A stretch of 64,000 bases of DNA from an uncultured Dehalococcoides sp. (lineage in GTDB: Bacteria > Chloroflexota > Dehalococcoidia > UBA2979). This document shows, one piece after another, positions 26,601 through 36,267 of this stretch. Location of the stretch: assembly GCA_964628985.1 (NCBI GenBank), contig CAZVNJ010000001.1, forward strand, positions 21,477 to 85,476, in the 5' to 3' direction. The notes under the pieces were generated by a model. It was not told where the DNA came from, searched no databases, and was given only the letters and a program-made list of their open reading frames with translations. Every line of letters starts with the position of its first letter. The stretch's first letter is position 1. The translations under genes and the position numbers were made by a program.

Positions 26601-27403
26601 GCCGGGGTCGTGGTCACGGCCGCTGGGGCGACGATCGGCGCAGCCCGCCCCTCGAGGAACGCGCCGATGCGCGAGGCACCTTCCGGGCTGCGGACGGACG
26701 CTCCGATGAGGCTCTCGATCGCGAGCCCGTCGTCGTGCGAGAGGTCGCCCACGCGTGGCAGGACGGCGCAGACAGCCCAGTTGGTGAGCGGTGCATTGGT
26801 CGCCATCTTGTGTGCGAGTTCCTTCGCCTTGGTCAGAGACTCGCCCGCAGGCACCACATACTGGCAGAGGTTGAACCGCTCGCCCTCGACGGCGGAGAGG
26901 ACGCGCCCGGTCAGCATCAGGTCGGCCATCCGGGCGTAGCCGAGGAGCCGCTGGATATTTACCGAGCCGCCGCCGCCCACAAAGATCCCGCGCTGGCCCT
27001 CCGGCAGGGCGAAGAACGTCGTCTCGTCCGCCACACGGACATGCGTCGCCGCGGCCAGCTCGAGCCCGCCGCCCACGCACGCGCCCTTGAGGGCCGACAC
27101 GAACGGGATCTCGCCGCGCGAGATCAAGTCGAAGGTCGTGTGCCACTTGCTGCGCGCGCGGCGGGACGGGGCGCTGTTGTCAGCGCGGCGCGCCTGCGCC
27201 TCCGCCAGGTCGAGGCCCGCGGAGAAGTGCTTTTCGCCGTGGCTGAAGATGACGGCAGCGCGCGCCTCCTCGGTGGCGCGCAGCACGCCCTCCTTCAGCG
27301 AGTCGAGCAGCGCACCGTTGATCGCGTTCCGCACGTCGTCGCGGTTCAGCCCGAGCAAAGCGACATCCCCGTCGAGTTCGTACGTGACCAAAGGCTCCGG
27401 CAT
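26597..27403 (-). CDS. enoyl-CoA hydratase/isomerase (crotonase) family
   Basis: NRDDVRNAIN, the FSAGLDL oxyanion region and ACVGGGLELA. Confidence 0.9.
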   Translation of the reverse strand: MPEPLVTYELDGDVALLGLNRDDVRNAINGALLDSLKEGVLRATEEARAAVIFSHGEKHFSAGLDLAEAQARRADNSAPSRRARSKWHTTFDLISRGEIPFVSALKGACVGGGLELAAATHVRVADETTFFALPEGQRGIFVGGGGSVNIQRLLGYARMADLMLTGRVLSAVEGERFNLCQYVVPAGESLTKAKELAHKMATNAPLTNWAVCAVLPRVGDLSHDDGLAIESLIGASVRSPEGASRIGAFLEGRAAPIVAPAAVTTTPA

Positions 27404-27535
27404 GGCACCTCCTGAGCGCCTCCATTTCGGCGCGCCGCGATTCGTACCCGGGATCGGTGCCGTCTGTCCACCCCTCGGGGAGTCGCGCTAGACTCGCGCG
27501 ACGGTGCGCCGGTCGTCTAGTCACAGGAGCGCGCG

Positions 27536-27970
27536 ATGTTCAGCCGGATCGACCACGTCGGCGTGGTAGCCCACTCCATCGAGGAGGCGAACGCTGTCCT
27601 CGGCGATGCGCTTGGCCTCGTCATCGACAAGCCACGGTCGAAGTGGCCGGAGGGCTCGTACTTCGCGCCGGAGCAGACCTACAACTTCTTCTTCAAGGTC
27701 GGCGAGGGCGAGACCCAGGTGGAGGTCCTCGTACCGGCGAAGGACGCCACCAGCGGGACGGCACGCTACCTCGAGAAGCGCGGCCCTGGCCTGCACCACA
27801 TCTGCTACGCGTGCACGGACGTCCACGTGGAGGCCGAGCGGCTTGTCGCGGCGGGACTGTCGGAGATCGCCCTGCCGAGGACGGCTGACGGCCGGCGGAC
27901 GGTCGCCTTCTTCCGGCCGCAGGGCAACGCCGGCATCCTGACCGAACTCGTCCCGCTGCGCGACCGCTAG
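27536..27970 (+). CDS. VOC-family protein, methylmalonyl-CoA epimerase-like
   Basis: AGGAG upstream. IDHVGVVAHSIEEA..GPGLHHICY..TELV pattern of glyoxalase/epimerase-fold proteins. Confidence 0.75.
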   Translation: MFSRIDHVGVVAHSIEEANAVLGDALGLVIDKPRSKWPEGSYFAPEQTYNFFFKVGEGETQVEVLVPAKDATSGTARYLEKRGPGLHHICYACTDVHVEAERLVAAGLSEIALPRTADGRRTVAFFRPQGNAGILTELVPLRDR

Positions 27971-29226
27971 GAGTCTCCGGGCACCGGCTCAGGCACGGTC
28001 GACCCGAGGTGCCGGTCGCGCAACTCGCGGCTCCAGATAGCTACCAGGCCAACGACGCCCGAGCACGCGACGGCGCCAATCACAAGCGCCAGCGCTGGGC
28101 TGAGCGCGGCTGCGAGGACCCCGCTCAGCGTGTACCCCAGAGGAGGCGCGCCCCCGGCGAGCATGCTTCGGAAGGACTCGACGCGGCCTCGGAGGGCGTC
28201 CGGTGAGATCGTGAGGATCACCGTGTTGCGCGGGATCATCTGCACGGAGTTGGTCGTCCCGAGCAGCGCCGCCGCCAGGAGCGCGAGCGTGAACCATGGG
28301 GAGATAGCCAGCACCACCAGGGCGACGCAGTACGCGAGGACCCCGAAGAGGGTGTACAGCCCCTTGTAGGCGAAATCGCCCAGGCCAAGGATGAGCCCGG
28401 CGCCCAGCAGGGCACCCACCCCCGGTGCCGCGCTCAGCAGGCCAAACCCAGTCACACCAACGCCGAGTGACTCTGCGAAGACCGGCAGCAGGGCTCGATA
28501 ACTCCCGAACAGCGTCGCGCCGACATCAAGGAGCAAGAGCGCGAGGATGACCGGCTTCGTGCGTACGAAATCGAGGCCCTCGACGAAGCTGCGCCACGCG
28601 CTTTCGAGGACACGCGGACGTTCCATCGAGACGCGGATGCCCGTGATCGACGCCATCGCCATCAGGTACAGGGCGCCGTTGATGAGGTAGACGGGCCCGA
28701 GGTCCAACTGGGCGATCGCGACGCCGGCCAGGGCGGGGCCCGCGATCTGCGCGAACTGGCCAATCGTGGCGTTCAGTGCGATGGCGTTGACGAGGCGCCT
28801 CGGCTCGATGAGCGCGGGGATGAGGGCTGTCCTCGCCGGCTGCGTCAGGGCGCTGAAGGCGCTGTTCAGGAACGTCACGACGTAGAGATGCCAGACCTGC
28901 ACCTGCCCGGTGAACGTGAGATAGGCCAGCGCGGCTACCAGTAGCGCGTTGCCGGCCTGGCCCGCCTGGATCAGTCTCACCCGGTCCAGTCGGTCGGCGG
29001 CCACTCCCCCCACCATCGAGAGGACCATGTGCGGCCCCGCTCGCGCGAGCCCCGTCAGGCCCAGCAGAAGGGCGCTGCCGGTCAGGACGTACACCTGCCA
29101 GAAGATCGCGGTCTGGATCAGTTGCACGCCCATCGAGGTCAGGAAGAGCGACGCGGCGAAGCGACGATAGTCGCGGTGCGCGAGCGCGCCGAGGGCGACG
29201 CGCAGGCCGGATGGCGTCTGAGGCAT
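27967..29226 (-). CDS. MFS transporter
   Basis: Twelve hydrophobic segments. Start chosen at MPQTPSGLRVALGALAHRDYRRF. The 3' end overlaps the convergent VOC gene by 4 nt. Confidence 0.85.
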   Translation of the reverse strand: MPQTPSGLRVALGALAHRDYRRFAASLFLTSMGVQLIQTAIFWQVYVLTGSALLLGLTGLARAGPHMVLSMVGGVAADRLDRVRLIQAGQAGNALLVAALAYLTFTGQVQVWHLYVVTFLNSAFSALTQPARTALIPALIEPRRLVNAIALNATIGQFAQIAGPALAGVAIAQLDLGPVYLINGALYLMAMASITGIRVSMERPRVLESAWRSFVEGLDFVRTKPVILALLLLDVGATLFGSYRALLPVFAESLGVGVTGFGLLSAAPGVGALLGAGLILGLGDFAYKGLYTLFGVLAYCVALVVLAISPWFTLALLAAALLGTTNSVQMIPRNTVILTISPDALRGRVESFRSMLAGGAPPLGYTLSGVLAAALSPALALVIGAVACSGVVGLVAIWSRELRDRHLGSTVPEPVPGDS

Positions 29227-29322
29227 GTCGCGCAGTCTACGCGCGGCCGTCGCACGCGCGAGTGGGCGCCGGACGCGATGAGGGCCCGCCAGAGCGGGCC
29301 CTCTCACGCGTTTCCGGGTCGG

Positions 29323-31602
29323 CTACTTCTTCTGCCGCTCTAGCTCTTCGAGGATCACGGCGGGTGTGGCCGGAAGGTCTCGAATGCGGATGCCAATCGC
29401 GTCGTAGATCGCGTTTGCCACAGCAGCCAGGGGGGGCACGATCGGTACCTCACCCACCCCACGCACACCGTACGGGTGGCCCGGGTTCGGCACCTCCACC
29501 AGGATGGTCTCGATGGGTGGCAGGTCGTTCGCCACGGGCATCCGGTAGTCGAGGTAACTCGCGTTCGCCATCGAACCGTCAGGCCGGTAGACGTAGCCCT
29601 CGTTCAGCGCCATGCCGATGCCCTGGGCGGCGCCGCCCTGGATCTGGCCCTCCACATACGAGGGGTGGATCGCCGTCCCGACATCCTGCACCGCGGTGTA
29701 GCGGAGGATCGTGACCTTGCCCGTGTCCGTGTCCACGTGGACGTCACAGATGTGGGTCGCCACGGCCGCGCCGGTACCGGAGGGCTTGACCGAGGCGTGT
29801 CCCTGGATTGCTCCGCCGCTGCCTGCGAGCTTCCGTGCGATCTCCTTGAAGGTCATCGTCTGGCCGCCCTCCTCACGAAGGACGCCGTTCTCATATGTGA
29901 CCTTGCTCGGTTCCACATCCCAGATCTTCGCCGCCCGCTCAATCAACTGCGCACGGATTTCGTAGGCGGCCTCGATCACCGCCCATCCGGTCGCGAACGT
30001 CGTCCGGCTGCCGCCCGTGTTGTTCGTGAAGCCGATGGAGTCCGTGTCGCCGACCGTGGACTTGATGCTTTCGTATGGGATGCCGAGCGTCTCGGCGAAC
30101 TGCATCGCGAGTGCGGCGCGCTGGCCGCCGATGTCCACGGACCCGGTGATCAGGCTCACCATCCCGTCCGAGTTGATCGTCGCGTATGCCGCGGATTCGT
30201 TGCCGCCGTTGCCCCAGAACCCGGTGGCCACCCCGCGGCCCACCTTGTCCCCGTGCAACTCAGAGCGGTAATGCGCGCTGTCGCGCGCCGCGCGCAGTAC
30301 CTGCTCCCCGCCGATCGAGCCGTGCGGGACGCCCTCGGTCCGGCGCGCTCCGGTCACGGCGACGTTCTTCAGGCGGATGTCTACCGGGTCCATCTTCAGC
30401 ATCTCGGCGAGTTCGTCAATCACCGACTCAACGGCGAACTCCGCCTGGGGTGCGCCGGGCGCGCGATAGGCCGCGACCTTCGGCTTGTTCACGACGACCT
30501 CGAACCCTTCGACGAGCGAGTTCTCGATGGTGTAGGGCGAGAGGGCGCTGCGCGCGGCGCCGGCGACGGGCGCCCCGGGGTATGCGCCGGCTTCGTAGGC
30601 CAGGTGCACTTCCGCAGAGACGAAGGTGCCGTCACGTTTCGCCCCCATCTTCACACGGACCTCGGTCGCAGAGGTTGGCCCGGTGGCCTCGAAAACCTCC
30701 GCACGGGACATCGTGATCTGGACGGGGCGGCCCGACTTCTTTGAGAGGATCGCGGCGAGCGGGTCGAGATAGACGGGAATCTTGCCGCCGAACCCGCCCC
30801 CGATCTCCATCGGCACCACCTTCACCTTGCTGACCGGCAAGCGGAGCATTGTCGAGACGTTGTCGCGGACACCAAACGCGCCCTGCGTGCTCGTCCAGAT
30901 GGTGAGCATGCCGTCCTTGTTCCAGAACGCCGTCGCGTTGTGCGGCTCGATGTAGCCCTGGTGGTAACTCGCGGTGCTGAACTCGCGCTCGATGACGACA
31001 TCAGAGTCCGCGAAGCCCTGCTCGATGTCGCCCCGGCGGATCTCCAACTGGCGCGCCACGTTCGTCTGGCGCCCGTTGTACGGCTCGAACAGACCCTTGA
31101 TCTCGGCCGAGACCGCCGGGTCATGCAGAAGGGGAGAGTCCGGGGAGAGCGCCTGCTCGATGCTCATCACCGGCTTGAGGACCTCGTACTCCACGTCGAT
31201 GAGGCTCAGGAGGTCCTCCGAGAGGTGGGGGTCGGAGGTGGCAATCGCCGCGATCGCGTGCCCTTTGAACAGGGCTTTGCCGTCAGCGAGGATCGATTCG
31301 CGAGTCCAGCGCTCGGGGATCGGGCCGCGGATCGTCTGGATTGGGTTGTTGCCCAGTGCCGGGAAGTCAGCCGTGGTCACCACCGCGAAGACCCGCGGAT
31401 CCGCGAGGGCGCGCGAGACATCGAGGCGCTTGATCACCGCATGCGCGTGCGGGCTCCGTAAGACCCGGCCGTAGAGCATCCCCGGTAGCCTGATGTCCGC
31501 GCCGTACTCCGCCCGGCCCGTCACCTTGTCCACACCGTCCGGACGGATGGGCCGCGTACCGACCACCTGGTAGGGCGTCGACGGCTTCTCGGTTGTGGTC
31601 AT
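29323..31602 (-). CDS. xanthine dehydrogenase/aldehyde oxidase/CODH-family molybdopterin-binding large subunit
   Basis: 759 aa. N-terminal RPDGVDKVTGRAEYGADI, then the GGGFGGK Moco motif and the conserved C-terminal GVGEVPIVPP. Confidence 0.9.
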   Translation of the reverse strand: MTTTEKPSTPYQVVGTRPIRPDGVDKVTGRAEYGADIRLPGMLYGRVLRSPHAHAVIKRLDVSRALADPRVFAVVTTADFPALGNNPIQTIRGPIPERWTRESILADGKALFKGHAIAAIATSDPHLSEDLLSLIDVEYEVLKPVMSIEQALSPDSPLLHDPAVSAEIKGLFEPYNGRQTNVARQLEIRRGDIEQGFADSDVVIEREFSTASYHQGYIEPHNATAFWNKDGMLTIWTSTQGAFGVRDNVSTMLRLPVSKVKVVPMEIGGGFGGKIPVYLDPLAAILSKKSGRPVQITMSRAEVFEATGPTSATEVRVKMGAKRDGTFVSAEVHLAYEAGAYPGAPVAGAARSALSPYTIENSLVEGFEVVVNKPKVAAYRAPGAPQAEFAVESVIDELAEMLKMDPVDIRLKNVAVTGARRTEGVPHGSIGGEQVLRAARDSAHYRSELHGDKVGRGVATGFWGNGGNESAAYATINSDGMVSLITGSVDIGGQRAALAMQFAETLGIPYESIKSTVGDTDSIGFTNNTGGSRTTFATGWAVIEAAYEIRAQLIERAAKIWDVEPSKVTYENGVLREEGGQTMTFKEIARKLAGSGGAIQGHASVKPSGTGAAVATHICDVHVDTDTGKVTILRYTAVQDVGTAIHPSYVEGQIQGGAAQGIGMALNEGYVYRPDGSMANASYLDYRMPVANDLPPIETILVEVPNPGHPYGVRGVGEVPIVPPLAAVANAIYDAIGIRIRDLPATPAVILEELERQKK

Positions 31603-31697
31603 GGGGGCCTCCTACTGCCTCAACACGGCAGCCGATATCTTACTTGATGCCCCTCCGGGCCAAATCGGCGCTGGGATCGCGGTCGAGCGGCGGGACG

Positions 31698-32657
31698 ATG
31701 CCTCAACTCACGATGCGGGCGCTGCTCAGCGAGTCGCCGGTGCGCCTGGCCCCTATGGCCTCCTTCACCAACGCTCCGTTCCGCGCTGTCGCGCGTGCGT
31801 GCGGCAGCGGTCTTACCACCAATGAGGAGATTGATGCCGAGGCGCTCCTCGCCGGGAGCCCCTGGGCCGTCGCGTCCGCACGCTCTCATGAGGGCGAGAT
31901 CGTGGCCATGCAACTCCTCGGCAACGGGCCGGACGTGCTGGTGCCGGCGGCACGGCGCCTCGTCGACGAAGGCGCAGCGATCATCGACATCAACATGGGC
32001 TGCCCCGTCCCGAAGATCGTCAATCGAGGCAAGGGCGCAGCGTTGATGCGGGACGTCACGGCCGCCGGTCACCTCCTGGCGGCCCTCCGACGGGCGATCG
32101 ACGTGCCGCTCACCATCAAAATCCGAGGAGGCTGGGACGAGTCCCGACCCAACGCGGTCGAATTGGCCCGAGTCGCAGAGGAGGCGGGGGTGGACGGCAT
32201 CACCGTGCACCCGCGGACGCGAGCGCAGCGCTTTGCCGGCCTCGCGCAGTGGGACGTCATCCGTACCGTCGTCGAAGCGGTCCACGTTCCAGTCACTGGC
32301 AATGGCGACGTGACCTCGTTGGCCGAGGCACGCCAGATGATGGCGGCCACAGGCTGCGTCGCCGTGATGGTGGGTCGGGCTGCCCTCGGCCGCCCGTGGC
32401 TCTTTGACCCCGGCTACGAGGCGCTCGACCAGGACGGTCGCGCCGCGTATGAGTCTGCCGTCATCGATCGCCACCTCGACCTGATCGAGGAGACGATGCC
32501 GCCTGCCATGGCGCTGCTCCAGTCCAAGAAGCACCTCGCGCACTACGGCGCCGGCCGGGAAAACGCGCGGATACTGCGTGCGGAACTGTTCGCCCAGCCC
32601 TCGCTCCCCGCCCTGCGGGCGACCTACGCCCGTCAGCGGGAATCAGCGGTGGGATAG
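31698..32657 (+). CDS. dus: tRNA-dihydrouridine synthase
   Basis: LAPMASFTNAPFR, DINMGCP, and the HPRTRAQRFAG FMN/TIM-barrel pattern. Confidence 0.85.
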   Translation: MPQLTMRALLSESPVRLAPMASFTNAPFRAVARACGSGLTTNEEIDAEALLAGSPWAVASARSHEGEIVAMQLLGNGPDVLVPAARRLVDEGAAIIDINMGCPVPKIVNRGKGAALMRDVTAAGHLLAALRRAIDVPLTIKIRGGWDESRPNAVELARVAEEAGVDGITVHPRTRAQRFAGLAQWDVIRTVVEAVHVPVTGNGDVTSLAEARQMMAATGCVAVMVGRAALGRPWLFDPGYEALDQDGRAAYESAVIDRHLDLIEETMPPAMALLQSKKHLAHYGAGRENARILRAELFAQPSLPALRATYARQRESAVG

Positions 32658-32811
32658 CGCGGTCTCCGCTCCGCACTCCGTGCCTTTGGGCCGGTTTCCC
32701 GTTCTGGCCTTATATTTCATACTCCGACGGTTTCGGCGGTCGCCGCACCCCGTCCGGGCAGAGGGACTGGACACGGCGCCTGCGTGCGCCGCGAGGCGGG
32801 GATGCGTCTTG

Positions 32812-33732
32812 GTGAACGATCAGCAGCAGGCTGGTGGCGGGGACGAGCACCCGGCGATGTCCCCCGGCGGCATCGCCCCGCGGTCTGCTCCCGTCCGCTT
32901 TGACGCCTCCGAGGAAGAAAGCCAGCGCATCCAGGCCCTGGCGGGCTCCAGCAGCGGCTCTGTCCGCCTCGCCCGGCTCCTCATGCGTCAGCCTCGCCTG
33001 ATCCTTCATGCCGCGAAGGTCGCCCTCAGCGGTGCCAGTGCCGGCCTGCGCGCGGACCATACGCTTTCCTGGCTGATCCACGTCGACACTGTTCGGCAGG
33101 TGATCCCGGATGGCGGCATGGGTGCGACGTGGGGCGGCCTCGACACGTTCATGGGCCTCGTCGCGAAGCACGTCCCCCCGACCGCCCACGCCCTCGAACT
33201 CGGGTGTGGCGGTGGCCGCGTGACTCGTCACATCCGCCCGCTCGTCGGCACGCTCGTCGCCAACGACATCTCGGAGCGCATCCTCGCCGAAGCGCGCGCG
33301 GCCACGGTCGACCTGCCGCGCATCGAGTTCCGTGTCACGACCGGCCTTGGCGACGACCTCCGCGCCGAGGAGTTCGACGCCGTGATCGGACATGAGCTCC
33401 TCATGCAGTTCGACTTCGACGAGTTGCTGCGCTACTGCTCGAACGTGTTCCGATCGCTGAAGCCGGGCGGGCTGTTCATTGCCTCCGTCTACACCTTCGA
33501 CGAGCCAGGCGAGATGGCACGGCACATGGAGATGATCCGCGACCACGGCGCCGGCGTGCGCTCGCCGTTCCGGGTGCACCGCATGCCGCGCCAGACCTAT
33601 GAGGACATCTTCGAGGCGTGCGGCTTCGAGGTTGTCGAGGTCGAGCGCAGCCGTCCCGAGGAGTACAAGGCGCAGAAGACACCGCACACGAACTTCGTGC
33701 TGCGCCGCCCCGTCGGTCGGCCCTCGAACTGA
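32812..33732 (+). CDS. class I SAM-dependent methyltransferase
   Basis: Motif I ALELGCGGGRVT and post-I/II FDAVIGHE, LKPGGLF. The start is uncertain (GTG 32812 or ATG 32857). Confidence 0.7.
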   Translation: MNDQQQAGGGDEHPAMSPGGIAPRSAPVRFDASEEESQRIQALAGSSSGSVRLARLLMRQPRLILHAAKVALSGASAGLRADHTLSWLIHVDTVRQVIPDGGMGATWGGLDTFMGLVAKHVPPTAHALELGCGGGRVTRHIRPLVGTLVANDISERILAEARAATVDLPRIEFRVTTGLGDDLRAEEFDAVIGHELLMQFDFDELLRYCSNVFRSLKPGGLFIASVYTFDEPGEMARHMEMIRDHGAGVRSPFRVHRMPRQTYEDIFEACGFEVVEVERSRPEEYKAQKTPHTNFVLRRPVGRPSN

Positions 33733-33741
33733 CCGTCCCGC

Positions 33742-34794
33742 TTATCGTCCCGCCCGCGACAGATGTGAACGCACCACCGGGAAGACGTCGCGGGCCATCC
33801 GCTCCATGAAGTCACGGCCGGGTGCGGTGCCTGGCATGGGTGGGTTCGGCACCGGCTGAGTCACCACGATCTCGAAGGTGATGCCGAGGGAGAGGGCGCC
33901 CGCGATCTGCTCGGCCACCTCCGCTGCCGTCCCTCGGACTGAGAAGGCGTCGGCGGCCGCCGTCGGGAGGAAGCCCACGAGGTTTCCAGACTCCACGAGG
34001 TCGGTGTGATGGTGGAAGTCCGGGAAGACCCGTGCCTGTAGGTCGTGGATGCTCGGGCCGTCCCACGTGAGGCCTGCCGTCTCGAACAACAGTGGCGAGT
34101 ACTCGTAGTATCCGGCTGCCATCGACTTGCCGATGGCGAGCGCCTTCACCGGGTCATCCTCGAGCGCCGTGTGCAGGACGAGGCCGAGCCGGACGCTCGC
34201 CGGATCACGGCCGGCTTCGCTCGCGCCCTGGCGGACCGCCTCCGCCGCACTCCAGAGGACGTCCGGATGCCGCCCGGCGCGGATGAAGACGCCGTCTGCC
34301 ACGCGGCCGGCGGCGCGAAGCGTCCTGGGGCCCGCGGCGGCGACCCACACGGGGACCGGCCGGGGATGCGGTAGGCGGGCCGGGCGGGTAGCGCCGACCT
34401 CCACGCCTTCGTCATGCAGCAGGGCCCGGATCGTGCGCGTCGCCGCCTCGATCGTGGCCACGCGCGCCGGCTTGAGGCCGGCCAGGCGGACCGCCGTGTC
34501 GCCGATCCCCAGGCCGAGGATGGCCCGTCCCTCCGACACCTGGTCGACGGTGGCGATGGAGGACGCCGTGACGGTCGGATGACGGGTCACCGGGTTCGCC
34601 AGCAGCGGGCCGACACGGATACGCGTGGTCGCCTTACCGGCGAACGCCAGCAGGACGTACGTGTCGTGCCGGCGCAACTGCGAGTCCGGGACGAACGCGT
34701 ACTCCCAGCCCAGTGCCTCGGCCCGAGCGACGTCGGCGGCGAACTGGTCCGGTGAGCGGAAGTCGAAGCGGTTGAGTCCGAAAGCGACGGCCAT
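33742..34794 (-). CDS. LLM-class F420-dependent oxidoreductase
   Basis: MAVAFGLNRF.. luciferase-like pattern (ILGLGIGDTAV, PVWVAAAGPRTL). An alternative ATG lies at 34812. The ORF portion 34813-35940 is antisense to cobB and rejected. Confidence 0.8.
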   Translation of the reverse strand: MAVAFGLNRFDFRSPDQFAADVARAEALGWEYAFVPDSQLRRHDTYVLLAFAGKATTRIRVGPLLANPVTRHPTVTASSIATVDQVSEGRAILGLGIGDTAVRLAGLKPARVATIEAATRTIRALLHDEGVEVGATRPARLPHPRPVPVWVAAAGPRTLRAAGRVADGVFIRAGRHPDVLWSAAEAVRQGASEAGRDPASVRLGLVLHTALEDDPVKALAIGKSMAAGYYEYSPLLFETAGLTWDGPSIHDLQARVFPDFHHHTDLVESGNLVGFLPTAAADAFSVRGTAAEVAEQIAGALSLGITFEIVVTQPVPNPPMPGTAPGRDFMERMARDVFPVVRSHLSRAGR

Positions 34795-34884
34795 GGGCGC
34801 ATCGTGGCCCATCAGCCAGCGCAGCACAAACCCCGGAGTCGGCGCCAGGTGTCGGCCGGCACGCGAGGCTCGTAAGGTGCCCGC

Positions 34885-36267
34885 ATGGACGGTGTGATTC
34901 TGGCCGGCACGTCGAGCGGTGTGGGGAAGACCACGCTCGTCACCGGCTTGATCGGCGCCCTCCGCCAGCGCGGGCTCCGAGTCGCCCCGTTCAAGGTGGG
35001 GCCCGACTACATCGACCCGACGTACCACGCGAAGGTCGCAGGCCGGCCGTGTCACAACCTTGACTCGTGGATGCTCTCGCATGAGGCGCTTCAAGATGTC
35101 TTCACCCGCGCGACCGCGGACGCCGACATCGCCATCGTCGAGGGCGTCATGGGCCTGTTCGACGGCAGGACCGGGGGAGGGGACGCCGGGAGCACCGCGG
35201 AAGTTGCGAAGTTGCTGGGCCTGCCGGTCGTGCTGGTCGTGGACATCGCGAAGATGGCCCGCAGCGCGGGTGCCGTCGTTCTCGGCTACCAGCGGTTCGA
35301 TCCGGCGTTGCGGTTTGCGGGCGTGATCCTGAATAACGCCGGCAGCGCCACGCACGCTTCGATCTGCCGCGAGGCCATCGAGGCGGCCACGGGGCTGCCC
35401 GTCCTCGGAGCCCTGCTGCGCGACGAGGCGCTTCGCGCGCCGGAGCGCCACCTTGGACTCGTGCCCACCGCGGAGGGCCGGGTCGCCGAGGCGTACTTCG
35501 AGGCCGCTGTGCGCAACGTCGCTTCGCAGGTCGACCTCAGCGCGCTGCTCGCACGGGCGACGGTCGAGGGCGCCTTGCGCTCGTCGGCAGCCCCGGACGG
35601 CCTGTGGCCGGAGCGAACGCTGGGCACCCGGGCCCGCATCGCCGTCGCCCGCGACGAGGCATTCAGTTTTCACTACCCGGAGAATCTCGCGCTCCTCGAG
35701 GCGTGGGGCGCGGAGATGGTCCCGTTTAGCCCGCTGCACGACCGCGGGCTCCCCGCGCAGACGCAAGGCGTCATGCTGGGGGGTGGCTTCCCGGAGTTGT
35801 ACGCCGCCGGGTTGGCCTCCAACGCATCGATGCTCGGGTCGCTGCGTGGTGCCGCGGCAGCAGGCGTCCCCGTCTACGCCGAGTGTGGCGGCCTGATGTA
35901 CCTCGGAGAGTCGCTCACCGACGCCGAGGGGGCGGCGCACCGGCTCGCCGGGGTGATCCCGCTGCGATCCTCGATGTCACGCGCGCGTCTCACCCTCGGC
36001 TATCGCACGGCGACGGCCCTGGCAGACGGCCCGCACGTGACGCGAGGACAGGTAGTCCGCGGCCATGAGTTCCACTGGTCCGTCCTCGAAGGGGCGGCCG
36101 AGACGGACGCAGCAGCCTATGACCTCGCAGAGGGAGGCCGTACGGAGGGGTATGCGCGCGGCAACGTGTGGGCGTCCTACGTGCACCTGCACTTCGCCTC
36201 GGACGTGCGCCTGGCGCCACGGCTGGTGGCAACCTGCGCGCAGCGCGGGCTTGCGCTCGAGCGCTAG
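34885..36267 (+). CDS. cobB: cobyrinate a,c-diamide synthase
   Basis: N-terminal P-loop GTSSGVGKTT, GPDYIDP, and C-terminal glutamine amidotransferase ECGGLMYL. Confidence 0.9.
   Translation: MDGVILAGTSSGVGKTTLVTGLIGALRQRGLRVAPFKVGPDYIDPTYHAKVAGRPCHNLDSWMLSHEALQDVFTRATADADIAIVEGVMGLFDGRTGGGDAGSTAEVAKLLGLPVVLVVDIAKMARSAGAVVLGYQRFDPALRFAGVILNNAGSATHASICREAIEAATGLPVLGALLRDEALRAPERHLGLVPTAEGRVAEAYFEAAVRNVASQVDLSALLARATVEGALRSSAAPDGLWPERTLGTRARIAVARDEAFSFHYPENLALLEAWGAEMVPFSPLHDRGLPAQTQGVMLGGGFPELYAAGLASNASMLGSLRGAAAAGVPVYAECGGLMYLGESLTDAEGAAHRLAGVIPLRSSMSRARLTLGYRTATALADGPHVTRGQVVRGHEFHWSVLEGAAETDAAAYDLAEGGRTEGYARGNVWASYVHLHFASDVRLAPRLVATCAQRGLALER

Noticed and set aside
25341-27146. 601-aa ORF on the - strand spanning the CoA-transferase and crotonase region
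   Set aside because: It is antisense to a gene with clear family motifs (GFGGTGMP, SENG). The translation is Arg/Gly/Pro/Asp-rich low-complexity sequence with no motif, the typical stop-free antisense frame of GC-rich DNA.
34813-35940. Upstream 376-codon extension of the LLM oxidoreductase ORF (the track shows a 732-aa protein)
   Set aside because: The extension is antisense to cobB, which has unambiguous P-loop and amidotransferase motifs. It is Arg/Gly-rich with no domain signature. The LLM similarity begins at MAVAFGLNRF.
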